Of a DNA stretch of 64,000 bases, positions 1 through 15,408 are shown in pieces. This DNA comes from Eledone cirrhosa (taxonomy: Eukaryota): NCBI GenBank assembly GCA_964016885.1, contig OZ024756.1:34348001-34412000 (forward strand), in the 5' to 3' direction. The translations under genes and the position numbers were made by a program. Numbering within the stretch: the first letter of the stretch is position 1; each line of letters opens with the position of its first letter. The notes beneath the pieces are model-generated. The model did no database searches, was not told where the DNA came from, and worked only from the letters and a program-made list of their open reading frames with translations.

Positions 1-376
1 TGAGATGGGATCCGTGAGGCTTAAAATGCCCAAGAAACGCTGTATGTAAATATGGCGTCCCTACGACACTATCAGGGGTTACGGGACCATACCATAACTA
101 ACACACAAACACACACAAAAACAAGATGATGTAAGACAGAAAAAAGGAGAGATACAAAATTAAAAAAACCCAGTCATTGAGGAGGTCACAGAATGTGTGA
201 CAAAAGAGCTTTGCCAATATATAAACAACCATCCTGTTATCCAGCCAACCACCCGGAAATTTGTAATAAATTGAAGTGAAAACCAACTGGTGCGTCTGGG
301 CAGCATGACCCTCTCAAAATATAACAATATCTGTTTCAACACGTTTTCAGATAAGAAATCTTGACAAATTCAACAA

Positions 377-470
<94 letters not shown>

Positions 471-474
<4 letters not shown>

Positions 475-603
475 ATCTCTGGTTCAATCGGGGGTAACCA
501 CAGTAAGTAAGGTTCTCAATGCATAGCATACTCTATGCTAGAGTATGCTATGTATTGAATACTTTACTTACTGTGGTTACCTCCGATTGAACCCGGGATA
601 AAC
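471..603. repeat. Imperfect ~130-bp palindrome next to (GT)n
   Basis: GTTTATCTCTGGTTCAATCGGGGGTAACCACAGTAAGTAA... mirrored by ...TTACTTACTGTGGTTACCTCCGATTGAACCCGGGATAAAC. Confidence 0.85.
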
Positions 604-823
604 ATATCTTTTAACAATTTACTGTGCCCCTCATAACCAGGGTTTCCTGCTAATTTCTCCCGAATGAAACAGTTCTAGTCCTGTAGAAGCCATTTCTATA
701 TTAAATATATATATATATATTTGGAAGAGATGTCAACATGAATGGACCTGTTATTTTTATCTAAAGATATTTTTTCTAATTCCATCCCGCCCGTCCCCTC
801 AATCTATTTTATTTCTTATTCTT

Positions 824-859
824 TCTTCTGATGAAGGACTAGTGTCCGAAACGTTAAGA
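824..859 (+). ncRNA. Minimal type I hammerhead ribozyme motif
   Basis: tctt-CTGATGA-a-GGAC tagt GTCC-GAAA-cgtt-aaga. Helix I tctt/aaga, helix III the palindrome ACGT, predicted GUU site. Confidence 0.55.
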
Positions 860-946
860 CCCTCTTCCTGCTATATCAAGCGTTAACCTAATATATACCA
901 TCCATATACTGTACCGATTATGTTGTTATTTCTGTTTCCCTTTTAC

Positions 947-1019
<73 letters not shown>

Positions 1020-1372
1020 GTTATGTAATAAACAACATAAGATAATTATTTCATTTACCAGTGTTAACCTACATAGAGCACTCTTTTTTCCTGGACCTTT
1101 CCGACGGAATTACTTCATTTATATATCGGCAACCGCTCTGTATAATCAGTTCCTGATTATTACTAGAATTCTATAAGAATCAATCATTCATGATTTTCAG
1201 CAACCAGGTGGAGTACTTAGCTATTATAAGTACCAAAAAGTACGAAACAGAGCTCTGTCAGCTTTATCTCCCCCTATTTGCTGAAAATTTAAAGTAAATG
1301 AGACTGTCACTACTCTAAAACAATAGCGTAAGGTCTTCGAAATACAGTGTATTGCAAAATACACTATATATA

Positions 1373-1489
<117 letters not shown>

Positions 1490-1614
1490 ATGATATTAAA
1501 AATTTTGGTACGCCCTCATCAGATAAAATACAAAATTTGTTTTATAAATGGTAACATATCCAAGAAACCAGACCTTATCGGTTCAGGTTCAGTTTGGATA
1601 TATATGTATATATG

Positions 1615-1804
<190 letters not shown>

Positions 1805-2231
1805 AAGTGTTAAAACGATCAAATTTTAGTTTAGAACATTTATTAGCTGACAATTGTTTCTTCCAGAGGGAAGTCTGGAATCATCGGAGCATAAGGAATG
1901 TCGAAAACGTGTGACTAGAATCCTAGTCATTTAGAACATTTAAGGTACATAATTGTTATTAGTGTCAAAGGCATCATGTGGAGAGCCAGGAGTTAAAGAG
2001 ATGTTCCGCTTGAAATAACACAATTACAGACTCCACTGGCTGGAAGTGTAATAGGTATGAGTAAAAGTAAAAAGCACAAGCAAAAAAACACAGGCAAAGA
2101 AGTTATAAGCAAAGACGATTGGTGTACAATGCAGGAGTCAACAGAGTCAATAATGCATATATGCGTATATATATATATATATATATATATATTTGATCAC
2201 ATGAATGTCTATATTTATTAATATTTTGAAG

Positions 2232-2310
<79 letters not shown>

Positions 2311-2379
2311 CATATATATATATATACGGGAATTGAATAATCAAGACCGTAGCGGTATGTCATATATCAAATCATATAT

Positions 2380-2440
2380 TTTGTCTGATGAGGACGTACT
2401 GAAAAAAACATCACAGTACCTTTGAAATGTATATAATAAA
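2380..2440 (+). ncRNA. Type I hammerhead ribozyme motif (somewhat degenerate)
   Basis: tttgt-CTGATGA-ggacGTACTG...CAGTACcttt-GAAA-tgtatata-ataaa. Confidence 0.5.
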
Positions 2441-2485
2441 GTATATATTTTGATTATGCGAATATTTTCATTTGTTAACATTTTG

Positions 2486-2527
<42 letters not shown>

Positions 2528-2714
2528 CGTTTCTGAATTTGTTTAGTAAGATTCTTTATCTGAAAACGTGTGTTGAAACCGATATTGTTATGCTTTGGGA
2601 GGGTCATGTTGTCAATAAGAAACACACGCACCAGTTGCTTTCACTCCAATTTATTAAATTTCTAAATTTCCGGTTGGTTGGTTGGTTCCATAACCGGACG
2701 GTCGTTCATATATT

Positions 2715-2757
2715 GTCAAAGTTCTTTCGTCACACATTCTGTCACCTCTTCAGTGAC
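2715..2757 (-). ncRNA. Type I hammerhead motif, copy of the 12562 element
   Basis: Reverse complement gtca-CTGAAGA-ggtgacagaatgtgtgac-GAAA-gaactt-tgac; one helix II mismatch. Confidence 0.5.
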
Positions 2758-2835
2758 TGGGGATTCTTTTCTTTGTTTTTGTGCCTCTCCTTTGTTCTGT
2801 CCTACGCCATCTTGTTATATATATATATATATATA

Positions 2836-3495
<660 letters not shown>

Positions 3496-3655
3496 AACAC
3501 TACACCATATACTATACAATACAATGCCACAAAATGTTATAAAATACTTAAAAAGTCGTTGTGTTTTCTGATTTGACTAAGTCAACAGATCAGAACGATT
3601 TCTGTTGTGCAACGAACGACTAATTGTAAATGGAAGTGTAGCATATTTTTCAAAC

Positions 3656-3686
<31 letters not shown>

Positions 3687-3896
3687 TGATGTAGTAATTG
3701 TTGTAGTAGTTGTTGTAGTTGTTGTTGTTTCAACTTAGTGCGCGTAGACTCCGGGGACAACAACAACAACAACAACAACAACAGCAACAACAACAACAAC
3801 AACAACAACAAACAGACAGACAAAGATTCTTCATATTGACTTACCCTTGTAAAAATATTGACTGATATTATGTATATATGTGTGTGTATATATATT

Positions 3897-3944
<48 letters not shown>

Positions 3945-3955
3945 CATTACATATA

Positions 3956-4011
<56 letters not shown>

Positions 4012-4122
4012 TATATGTAATGCATACACACACATATACACACACACACATATATATATATAAATATATATGTAATGCATACATGCACACACACACACAC
4101 ATAAATATATATACACACACAC

Positions 4123-4172
<50 letters not shown>

Positions 4173-4246
4173 ATATATATTTATGTGTGTGTGTGTGCAT
4201 GTATGCATTACATATATATTTATATATATATATGTGTGTGTGTGTA

Positions 4247-4314
<68 letters not shown>

Positions 4315-4523
4315 GAGAGAGATACACAGACAGACAGACAGACAGACAGAAGGAGAGAGAGAGAATAAATATACAAACAAAAATATGATGCAAAGTAGGT
4401 GAACGATCAATAAATTCTAGTAGCTGGTGAATATGTATGGATCATCAATGGTGACATAACCATGTAAATAATAACAGCCAACAGATGCACACACTCACAC
4501 GCACACACACAACACACACATAT

Positions 4524-4584
<61 letters not shown>

Positions 4585-4594
4585 ATATATATAT

Positions 4595-4660
<66 letters not shown>

Positions 4661-4746
4661 CAGGGTGTCCCCCAAAAATGTATACGCACTTCAACAGCAT
4701 TCTAATACAGGTAATCAAAGTGAGTATATTATATATATATGTGTGT

Positions 4747-4796
<50 letters not shown>

Positions 4797-4985
4797 GAAC
4801 GAGTAGGACCCCGACGGCTGAGCTCAAGCCGTTTCGACGGCTAATTCTAGTCCAGAATTAGCCGTCGAAATGGCTTGAGCTCAGCCGTCGGGGTCCTACT
4901 CGTTCCTATTATCCACTCTACTACCTTAGGTATTGAGTACTTTGGTGCATTATGGTCCATCTGGTTCCTTACCACATTTCCTTCG

Positions 4986-4988
<3 letters not shown>
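4797..4988. mobile_element. Inverted copy of the 2836-3030 element (palindrome 4797-4905)
   Basis: Same sequence in the opposite orientation, flanked by (TA)n on both sides. Confidence 0.8.
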
Positions 4989-5038
<50 letters not shown>

Positions 5039-5384
5039 TATATCCGTATGCAGTTGACGGCCTGCTTCTCACTGGATCATCAGGTGAAACTCCAGTTCAA
5101 ATTTTGAGCTGATATTTGACTCTCGCATATATGGTGTCCACTGTTGAACTCATGACTGGCTGACAATATTTGCGCCAGGCGTCAATGAACGCTATACTTG
5201 AGCGGCCTTTTTTACTCGCTGCTTTGCATGCTCTTGTTCAAGCCGGTTCAAGCTGAATCCAAGCCGGATCAAGCCACACTGGGTGATTGCTGACTCAGCT
5301 ATATGTTAGTGAATAGCATCTGGAAGAAAGAGCCTAAAAAATGAAAGGAAAGACTAAAAAATCGCGTGAAGCATGAGCCGGATG

Positions 5385-5707
5385 TGATATGACGTGAGTG
5401 GTCATGTGACGTAGCGTGGGTTGTCATGTGATGTGACATGAGTGGTCATGTGACGTGGTGTGAGTCGTCATGTGATGTGACGTGTGTGGTCATGTGACGT
5501 GGTGTGAGTCCTCGTGTGATGTGGCTCGGCACGTGACGTGGCGTGGATGGTCATTTGACATGACGTGGGTCGTCATGTGATGTGTCTTGGGTCGTCATAT
5601 GACGTGACGTGGGTCGTCATGTGATATTGTGTGGGTCGCCATGTAACATGGCGTGGGTGGTCATGTGATGTGACGTGGGTCATCATGTGATGTGACGTAG
5701 GTCGTCA
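5385..5707. repeat. ~21-23-bp minisatellite (GTCATGTGAYGTGRCGTGGGT)
   Basis: About 14 degenerate units. Confidence 0.85.
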
Positions 5708-5822
5708 AAATACAGTCGAGGTCAGCTTTTCTTTTCATCGTTTCGGGGTCGATAAATGAAGTACCAGTTAAGCAATGGGGGTTAAATCCCCCTCCCTCCG
5801 CTTCTCCACTTATCACCATCCC

Positions 5823-5878
<56 letters not shown>

Positions 5879-6286
5879 ACCCTCTTTCTCCTCCCCCTCT
5901 ATTCCCCTTCTCTCACTCACCCTCTCTCTGAATCAACTGTATTAGAAAACCAAACATGGGTTCCACGACAATTGAAATATAATCACTGGTCTAAACTGAC
6001 CTTCGACTTTCAAGATGATTCGAAAGAAACGTGGCTGCTATTTCTAGCACGTCTGTGTATGTAGGGGGGGGGGTTGTCCATCAGTGTGATAATACGACAC
6101 ATATATGATACATATATGACATATATGATACATATATGATACATATATGACATATATGATACACATATGACATATATTTTGCGTTAATTTTTACGTGATC
6201 AGCCGTTTTTTACGTCATTTGAGAAATATGTATTTATTTCACGAAATTCTATCACAAACACACACACACACACACATACACACAAA

Positions 6287-6333
<47 letters not shown>

Positions 6334-6348
6334 TCACACGCATACACA

Positions 6349-6391
<43 letters not shown>

Positions 6392-6524
6392 TCACACGCA
6401 TACACATACATATACACATACATATACACACAGAACCACAAACACACAGGCACACACGCACATAGACACACATACACACATACACACATATGCACACACA
6501 GAATCACAAACACGCACACATAGA

Positions 6525-6557
<33 letters not shown>

Positions 6558-7221
6558 GCCATCTCATTGTCCATTGAATGACAACACTGAAATGGGAGTG
6601 GGAGGAGATATAGATATAACGTAGGTGGACGACAGACACACACACACATTCATACATACGCATACACACACATACACACACACACACACGCATACACACA
6701 TACAAGCATATATGCATACATAGACACACACACTCACACATGCGCATATATATATATATATAAATATATATACACACGCATATACTCATATATATACACA
6801 TACACACGCGCACACATATGCATATATGCATACATAGATACACATACATATACACACATGCACACATATATATATACACACAAGCATATACTCATATATA
6901 CACACATACACACATATGCATATATGCATACATAGACACACACACTCACACATGCGCATATATATATATATATTTATACACACACACACATATATATACA
7001 CACGCATATACTCATGTATATATTCACACATACATACACGCACACACATGCATATATGTATACATAGACACACACACATATACACACATGCACACATATA
7101 TATATATACACACGCATATGTATATACACACGCATATACTCATATATACACACATACACACGCGCACACATATGCATATATGCATACATAGACACACACA
7201 TATAGACACATGTACACATGC

Positions 7222-7282
<61 letters not shown>

Positions 7283-7499
7283 TACGCATGTACTCATATA
7301 CATTCACATACACACGCGCACACTCGCATATAGGCATACATAGACATACATACACATACACACATATACACACACGCACACACATATGCACATATACACA
7401 CATGCGCATATATACCTACACACACATATACACACGCAGCCATGCAGACACACACACACGCGCGCATGTATACATATACACGCACATATACATGGAAAG

Positions 7500-8385
7500 G
7501 AGCTATCGATGAACCCTGGAACCCTACAAGTCTACAGCCAGTTTGACCATTTAAGGTAAATCCCTCTCCAAGAAAAGGGATTCCTTTTCAGACCTAAATT
7601 CATGTCTGTGAGTAGAACCATTCACTTTTACCATTTTAGCCACATATACCCAGCGGCTTATTGAAGAATTCACTAAAAGAGGGCACCGTATTTCCCGGCG
7701 CCAAAGACGCTTCGCCCTCGAGGATGCACCCTAATTTTGACAACCAAAATTAAAAAGAAAAATAATAAACAACCTTCGGCCTCCAGGACGCATGGTAGAT
7801 TTTTGAGACTTATTTTAGGGAAAAAAGTAGCGTCTTCGAGGCCGGGAAATACGGTACTTCCCTCTCCATCTTCCTTTTCAGGTGGAACGATAAAAGTTTC
7901 ACCCAAGAAGAAAGTGACTGTCCTCAACCATCTGAACCTCGCCGAGCATGTTACCTCTTTCGACATAGCCACTAGGCTAGAGAAAAACCGCTTGCCCTGC
8001 CCTGTTTAAAGAAGGTGGTGGTGTGATCCTCGTGATGGACTCGACCGATAGGCGTATCCAATTATACACGCGGTAGTAGCTGTTTGACATAACTCCACCA
8101 GTCAGTAATACCTAGGCACTGGAATAGTGCATGTACCCTCTTGGACAGGTCTGCCTGACAGCACTTCCGTATCGTACAGAGTTTATCTTGAGCCGACAGC
8201 GCAGCGGTCCTCGACAGCACTGACAGGCTAAGTTTTTCTGAAAGTCCTTCAAATCAGATCTGACAATTCACCTTCATCGATGCTTAGAGTCCCTATCTTC
8301 GAGAGCTCTGTCGCTCTTCCCCACCACTGGTCCTCTATAGATTACTAGCCTGGAACTCCAACCGATCACATTGCCCGACTGGTAA
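7500..8385 (-). mobile_element. Degenerate L1/Tx1-type LINE ORF2 3' end, interrupted by a MITE
   Basis: Minus-strand peptides ...HALFQC...IRLSVESITRITPPPSLNRAGQAVFL / AMSKEVTCSARFRWLR / RWVYVAKMVKVNG align with the 18060-18370 copy. Confidence 0.6.
7685..7856. mobile_element. Tc1/mariner/pogo-type MITE nested in the LINE
   Basis: TIRs ACCGTATTTCCCGGC...AAGACGC / GCGTCTT...GCCGGGAAATACGGT, followed by A (TA end). Confidence 0.7.
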
Positions 8386-8791
8386 GCATAATAATAATAA
8401 TAATAATGATTTCATTTATTGGCCACAAGGGCCGACATATAGGGGACAATACAAAAGACTGGGACAGTGGGGTTTTACAGAAAAATCGAGTAAACAATAT
8501 GAATAACAATAACAAAGTAACAATAACAAAGTAACAATAAAATAATAACAATGATTTCTTTATTTTTTATTTATTTATTTATAATTGTTATATATCCTCC
8601 TGTGTCCTTCAAAATTAAGGTCAGTCGCTGCTGTCATTTGTAATAGACACACATTCTTTTCTCTGTGGGGTGGGGGAAAGAGTGAGAGAGAGAAAGAGAG
8701 GGAGAAGAGAAAGACACATAGTTTTCAAACAGATTTGAAAGAGAGAGGAAGAGAGAGCTTGTTGGTGAATCTCTCTCCTATTTATATATAG

Positions 8792-8901
<110 letters not shown>

Positions 8902-8956
8902 GATGATTTCTAAAGAATGAAACAGTTCTAGTCCTGTAGAATCTCATCTATATTAA

Positions 8957-9027
<71 letters not shown>

Positions 9028-9068
9028 CGAAACATAAGTCAATTGCATGAACTCATAATCCTTTATTT

Positions 9069-9124
9069 ACTGCTATATATATTTCGATGATAGCCATTGA
9101 ATGGCTATGACCTCATCAGGCAGT
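9069..9124 (-). ncRNA. Type I hammerhead ribozyme, intact core
   Basis: Reverse complement actgc-CTGATGA-GGTCATAGCCAT tca ATGGCTATCATC-GAAA-tatatata-gcagt. Helix I 5 bp, helix II ~11 bp, helix III the palindrome ATATATAT, AUA cleavage triplet. Confidence 0.75.
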
Positions 9125-9402
9125 TAGTCAGATATATATATCTTGTTTTACTAATTCTCTCCTTTCGAAATTATTTTCTCCTTTGATTAAGCCCTTGTAC
9201 ACTCAATATTTGTGTAATTTGCCTAAAGGCATAACTTGTCTCTACCTGTTTTCTTATGCACCAATGTGCACTGGAATCAGTGGTATCGACCTTAAAAAAC
9301 CGAAAACGCAGTGATTTCCAGAGGTTGACTGAGGAGATGGGACTGTCCGTCTTTCCGTTGTTTTTTTTTCCATTGCCTTTGTCCTGTGCACCCCCATTTT
9401 GA

Positions 9403-9487
<85 letters not shown>

Positions 9488-9490
9488 CAT

Positions 9491-9531
<41 letters not shown>

Positions 9532-9598
9532 CACACACATATATATATATATACATATATATATACACATATATATATACACATATATATATATACAC

Positions 9599-9734
<136 letters not shown>

Positions 9735-10741
9735 TATACACATATATATATATATAATAAAGTAACGCTTTGATCAGACAAGTTCCGTTGGTCAAAGAAC
9801 TGGAACAATCATCGTTTAAATCGACGGAGTTCTATTCGATTTCTTAGTTTAGGTTTTGGTGGGGGGGATTATTCTTGAAAACACTCTATCAAGCGTGGCA
9901 TTGATTAACGGCATGTTGTAAACAGTCAATGCAAATTCTGACACATCTGGCATTCCGGACTTACCAGCTGCAGTTTTAAACATGGCTGCTTTACATCAAA
10001 ATTCTGACCTGTCAACAACAATATTTTCAAGAAATATGCTTCTTTTTTTTTTTTCTTCTAATCGAGTGTTATCACTTTGTGCCAATTGCCCGCTACTCCT
10101 ATAAGTTTATATTGATCCACCAAGCTAAACATGGGCGAGTATGGTTTAATCATTTTTTTTCATGTGAACCCGACTGAAACCACCAGTTTCTACGATACAG
10201 ACTGTTTGTATTCATCTGAAAACCTTCCATCGTAATTTTATATAAGAACGTATGTTAAGTTGTGTTCCATACAGAAGTTTAATAGTGAAAAGGTTAATTC
10301 TATTACCAAACCCTTCAAAATTCTTTATTATTTTCAAAATTGCTTAAAATTCACAGACAGTGTCTTTCATTGGAAATATGGTAACGAAAGGGTTAAACAA
10401 ACTCTTGGTGGGAAAATGTTTAATCTTTTGAAGCCTCTCAATATTTTTTTATACATAGTTCAGAAGATCGCTGTAGGCTTTCCTCAAAATGCTTAGGTGC
10501 CATTTTCTACAGCGTTCTTAAAAAAATTATTCTGGCGAAATTTTAATGGTTAAAAAGTTAAAGAACTCCAAACCAAAGTCAGTCCTTTTGTTTTCATGTG
10601 AGAGGTGTTGCATGGAATTCAAAATCTAAATTGGTTTAACCATTGGTGGTGCAAAATTCTTGCAAACAACGCCAATATAAAACAATAGAGTTTATTAAGA
10701 TGCTAACACTAATAATGCATTTTTTGTTTTGGATCATCAAA

Positions 10742-11203
10742 TCAACCAACCAACCAACCAAACAACCAGCCAGCCAACCAACCAATCAACCAGCTAGCCA
10801 ACCAACCAACCAGCCAACCAATCAACCAGCTAGCCAACCAACCAACCAGCCAACCAACCAACCAACCAACCAACCAGCCACCCAAACAATCAGCCAGCCA
10901 ACTATCCAACCAACCAATCAACCAAGTAGCCAGCCAATCAACCAACCAATCAACCAACCAGCCAACTAGCCAACCAACCAGCCAACCAGCCAACCAATCA
11001 ATCAACCAGCCAGCCAACTAGCCAACTAGCCAACCAGCCAACTAGCCAACTAGCCAACCAACCAACTAGCCAACCAGCCAACCAACCAGCCAGCCAACTA
11101 GCCAACCAGCCAACCAGCCAACTAGCCAACCAGCCAACCAACCAACCAGCCAACCAGCCAACCAACCAACCAGCCAACCAACCAACCAACCAACCAGCCA
11201 ACC
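10742..11203. repeat. (CCAA/CCAG)n compound tetranucleotide satellite
   Basis: Directly visible. Confidence 0.95.
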
Positions 11204-12092
11204 AGTACTGAAGTACGATTTGAGACCTAGAAAAACGAAGGTTTATAAAGTTGGATCAAATAACAGAGAGAGTAAAAGAAAGAAAGGGGGAGTTAAGATT
11301 GGAGAGAGAGGGTGGGAAAAGCGAAAGAGAGGGGGATATTAAGGAGGAGTTAGGAGAAAGGGGGGAGGGGTTTGGAAAGGGAAGAGAAACTTTTAAATAT
11401 GAATGTATGAGGGGGGGGCGGTAAGGAAGAGGAAGATGTTATGAAGGAATGGGTGGAGATAAGAGAAGTGAGAGAGTGAGAGGGTGGGAGGAGAAGCTAG
11501 AGATGGACAGTGAGAGCGAGTGAGAGAGAGAGAGAGGGTGGGAGGAGAAACTAGAGATGGACAGTGAGTGAGAGAGAGAGAGAGAGTGTGTGTGTGTGTC
11601 CGAGTCTAGGTACGTTTACGTTAGTGGAGGTGTGTGTGTATGGGTGCGTGTGTATATATATATGCCTGTGTGTGCGTGTGAAAGTGAGAAAAAAGGGTGT
11701 GGTGTATGTGTGTGTGTGTTTGTGTTGGTGTGTACATGTGTGTGTGTGTGTGTATGCATGAGTGTGTGTGTGTGCATGAGTGTCTGTGTATGTATGAGTG
11801 TCTGTGTATGTATGCGTTTCTGCATGAGAGAAAAAGAGAAAGAGTGCTGTATGACTATCTGAGTCTAAATTACTATGTGTGTGTTTGTGCATGTGTATAT
11901 GTCAATATGTATGTATGTGTATGTAAGTGTGTATCTAGGTGTGTATTTATGCGAATGTCTGTGTCTGGAATTTGCCGTCGAAACGGCAAGTGGTCAGCCG
12001 TCGGGCCTTGGTTCTCTACTATATTTACACTCTACTATACCAAGTATTGAGTACTCTGCTGAATGATGGTATAATCCTTCTCTCTATCTCTC

Positions 12093-12200
<108 letters not shown>

Positions 12201-12228
12201 AAGTATATTTTGAAACAGTGAGCAGGTT

Positions 12229-12488
12229 TGAAGTTAGAAAATATCTAGCTTTCACCGTATTTTTGACTAAAGGAATTTTAGCCTGATAATGGGGTTTAGA
12301 ACCCTCAGATAAATGGAAAAAGATGAGTATTGACGTCCCATGTACGTCAATACTCATCTTTTTCCATTTATCTGAGGGTTCTAAACCCCATTATTTTTTT
12401 CCATTTATCTGAGGGTTCTAAACCCCATTATCAGGCTAAAATTCCTTTAGTCAAAAATACGGTGAAAGCTATATATTTTCTAACTTCA
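12229..12488. repeat. ~260-bp fold-back with a ~37-bp direct duplication in the right arm
   Basis: TGAAGTTAGAAAATAT...TATTGACGT cccatgt ACGTCAATA...ATATTTTCTAACTTCA. TTTTTCCATTTATCTGAGGGTTCTAAACCCCATTAT occurs twice on the right. Confidence 0.85.
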
Positions 12489-12561
12489 TATATATATATA
12501 AAACAAGATGGCGTAGGACAGAACAAAGGAGAGGCACAAAAAACAAAGAAAAGAACCCCCA

Positions 12562-12604
12562 GTCACTGAAGAGGTCACAGAATGTGTGACGAAAGAACTT
12601 TGAC
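12562..12604 (+). ncRNA. Type I hammerhead ribozyme motif
   Basis: gtca-CTGAAGA-g-GTCAC agaatgt GTGAC-GAAA-gaactt-tgac, inside a ~270-bp dispersed repeat (12500-12760; also ~110-370 and 2545-2815 reversed). Confidence 0.6.
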
Positions 12605-12750
12605 AATATATAAACAACCATCTGGTTGTGGAACCAACCAACCAACCGGAAATTTATAAATTCCTAAATTTATAAATTTATTATAATAAATTGAAATGAA
12701 AGCATCTGGTGCGTGTGTTTCTTATTGGCAACATGACCCTCCCAAAGTAT

Positions 12751-12798
<48 letters not shown>

Positions 12799-13036
12799 TG
12801 GCGATGTTGCAGATGTGCAACGAAAGAACTTTGATAAACTATATATTTGTGTTTGTGTCTATATTGTATCTGTATTATTTTTGACCGTTGGTCAATCAAT
12901 GGCAACATTGAGGACCGAATAAATTAGATTACCGATATAAAAGACACAGAAGCGAAAAGCGAAAACCAAGGAAACAGTGAGTGTGTTCTGTTATTAATTC
13001 TGGCAATATTACACAAATATGACCCTCCCCAAGTAT

Positions 13037-13139
<103 letters not shown>

Positions 13140-13364
13140 CAGGACCCCGACGGCTGAGCTCCGGTCGTTTCGACAGCTAGATCCGAACCGCTGTCGAAAC
13201 GACCGGAGCTCAGCCGTCAGGGTGGTGGTGGTGGTGGTGGTGGTCGTCGTCGTCGTCGTCGTCATAATGTTAGTGGTGGTGGATGATTTTTTTTTTTTAA
13301 AGCAAGCCGATGTCAATTTGGTGACACTGACTGACCTACTTGTCAAAATACTATCACATACTTA

Positions 13365-13396
<32 letters not shown>

Positions 13397-13756
13397 GTCC
13401 ATCCCTCCCTCTCCGTCTGTCCAACTCTCTCTCTCTCACTCTCCCACCCCCTCTCCCGCTCCCCATTCTCTGTCAATAAAAGCTATTTTTAACCTAACAC
13501 TGTACAAAAGGTATTTCTATTTATAGATCAGAACGGTTTGGCTTTGTGTCGGTCGGACGGCGAGAATGGTGACAGCGGCTGTTTCCGAGTAGTTAGGAAG
13601 TTCGTTTCGCGATCATTAGGACGCGGGTTCGATTCCTACTGTTTGACAACTTGGAATTATATATCATTTATCATAGCTAAGTTTTGTGAGTGAAATTGGG
13701 TAGATGGAAACTGTTTGGAAGTCCGTTGAATGTACTGTAGTTGTAATAAAATAGAC

Positions 13757-13940
13757 CAGTGGTTACCAAAGTGGGTTCTGAGAGATCTAAGGGTTCCACA
13801 AAGAGTGTATGGGGTTCCGTGAAAAAAGGTAGAGAAGTATATCTATATTACGACCATATAACAGTATTAGTTTTTAAGCTTTCCCCAAAAGTTTCTGAAC
13901 CAAAAAGTGTTCCGCAGTTGAAAAAGTTTGGGAAACCCTG
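13757..13940. mobile_element. hAT-type MITE
   Basis: TIRs CAGTGGTTACCAAA / TTTGGGAAACCCTG; 8-bp flanks AAATAGAC / CAATAGAC; second copy at 48622-48789. Confidence 0.8.
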
Positions 13941-14580
13941 CAATAGACCAACTATGTTACAGAATGTCATGTTGAATCCCCCTGAGAATTATATTAAAGG
14001 TACGCGTGCCTGTGGAATACTCAACTGCTCAGATAGTTTTTTTCTGTCTAGCAAATTCTATTCACAAAGCATTGGTCTACGCAAGGCTATATAATGTGTG
14101 TGTGACAGCTCACACCTATGCAGTTTTAGCTGGCCTCCTCCAAGGTATATCTCGTTGGAGGTGTCTTGGGTGATTTAATGATAGGGACCCCAGTCCTATC
14201 ATCTCATTTCTACAGCTGAGTAAACTGGAGCAACGTGAAATAAAGTGTCTTGCTCAAGGAAACAGCATCACCTGGTCCGAGAATTGAACTCACAACCTTT
14301 CAATTGCAAGCCCAATGCTCTAACCACTAAGCCATGCGCCTTCACAAGGCTATATAATAGAAGATACTTGCTCAATTTGTTGCGTTGCAGGACTACGAGG
14401 TTGTGAAGCGAACACCTTAACCATGCAGCCAACTCTTAGTTTTGGTAATTCAAAAAGCATGGATGTCCCAACTTCATTCATTTTGTAGGTATTTTAATAA
14501 AAATTCTCAAACATCCTTATTGATATTATAGGTTAATAAACTCATCGTTCTGATGTAGTTAACGAATATATATATATATA

Positions 14581-14770
14581 TCAGATAAGGTGTGGTAAAA
14601 ACCAGCTAGACCATAACCCACCATAGTACTCAATACTTGGGGTAGTAGAGCGGGTAATATGAAAAGATTCAGGACCCTGACGGCTGAGCTCCGGCCGTTT
14701 CGACAGCGGTTCGGATCTAGCTGTCGAAACGACCGGAGCTCAGCCGTCGGAGTCCTGAATCTTTTCTTAT
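14581..14770. mobile_element. Diverged subfamily copy of the same fold-back element
   Basis: Shared GTACTCAATACTTGGGGTAGTAGAG and GACGGCTGAGCTC; palindrome ~14662-14765 centred on GACAGC-ggttcggatcta-GCTGTC. Partial copy at 13139-13221. Confidence 0.75.
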
Positions 14771-14780
14771 ATATATATGA

Positions 14781-14822
<42 letters not shown>

Positions 14823-15135
14823 ATTCTGTACGCCATTTGTTGTTCGCTGTTAGTGAGTTGTAGCTTTAAATTTTCCTTATGTTTTAAGTTATTTCACTCT
14901 CTCTCTCTCCCCTCTCTCTTTCACTCACTCCTCTCTCTTTCACTCACCCTCTCTCTCACTCACCTCTCTCTCTTTCACTCATCTCTCTCGTCAAAGCAAT
15001 GACATCAGTAAGTGACCTCAAATAAGTCCACATAAATAACATTTAACTTCTACGTTTGATGGCCTCATTTCTCTTTGAAGTTTGCTAGGTACATGCAGTG
15101 GTAGACAACCTTCGAGAAATGTAATTCCGATCTAT

Positions 15136-15229
<94 letters not shown>

Positions 15230-15371
15230 ATTAAAATAACAGATTAAAGTTTAAGCAAAGAATCGCTGCTTTCACCCTTAACGGGATCTTCTGAAACTTA
15301 TATATTTGATATATATTTTCCTTATCGAGCCCTCTTTGGATTTTAGTCTTCAATTTTATTATTATTACTAT

Positions 15372-15408
<37 letters not shown>

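Noticed and set aside
13560-13645. tRNA-like segment (GGTTCGATTCC)
   Set aside because: No acceptor stem or full cloverleaf; it is a SINE head.
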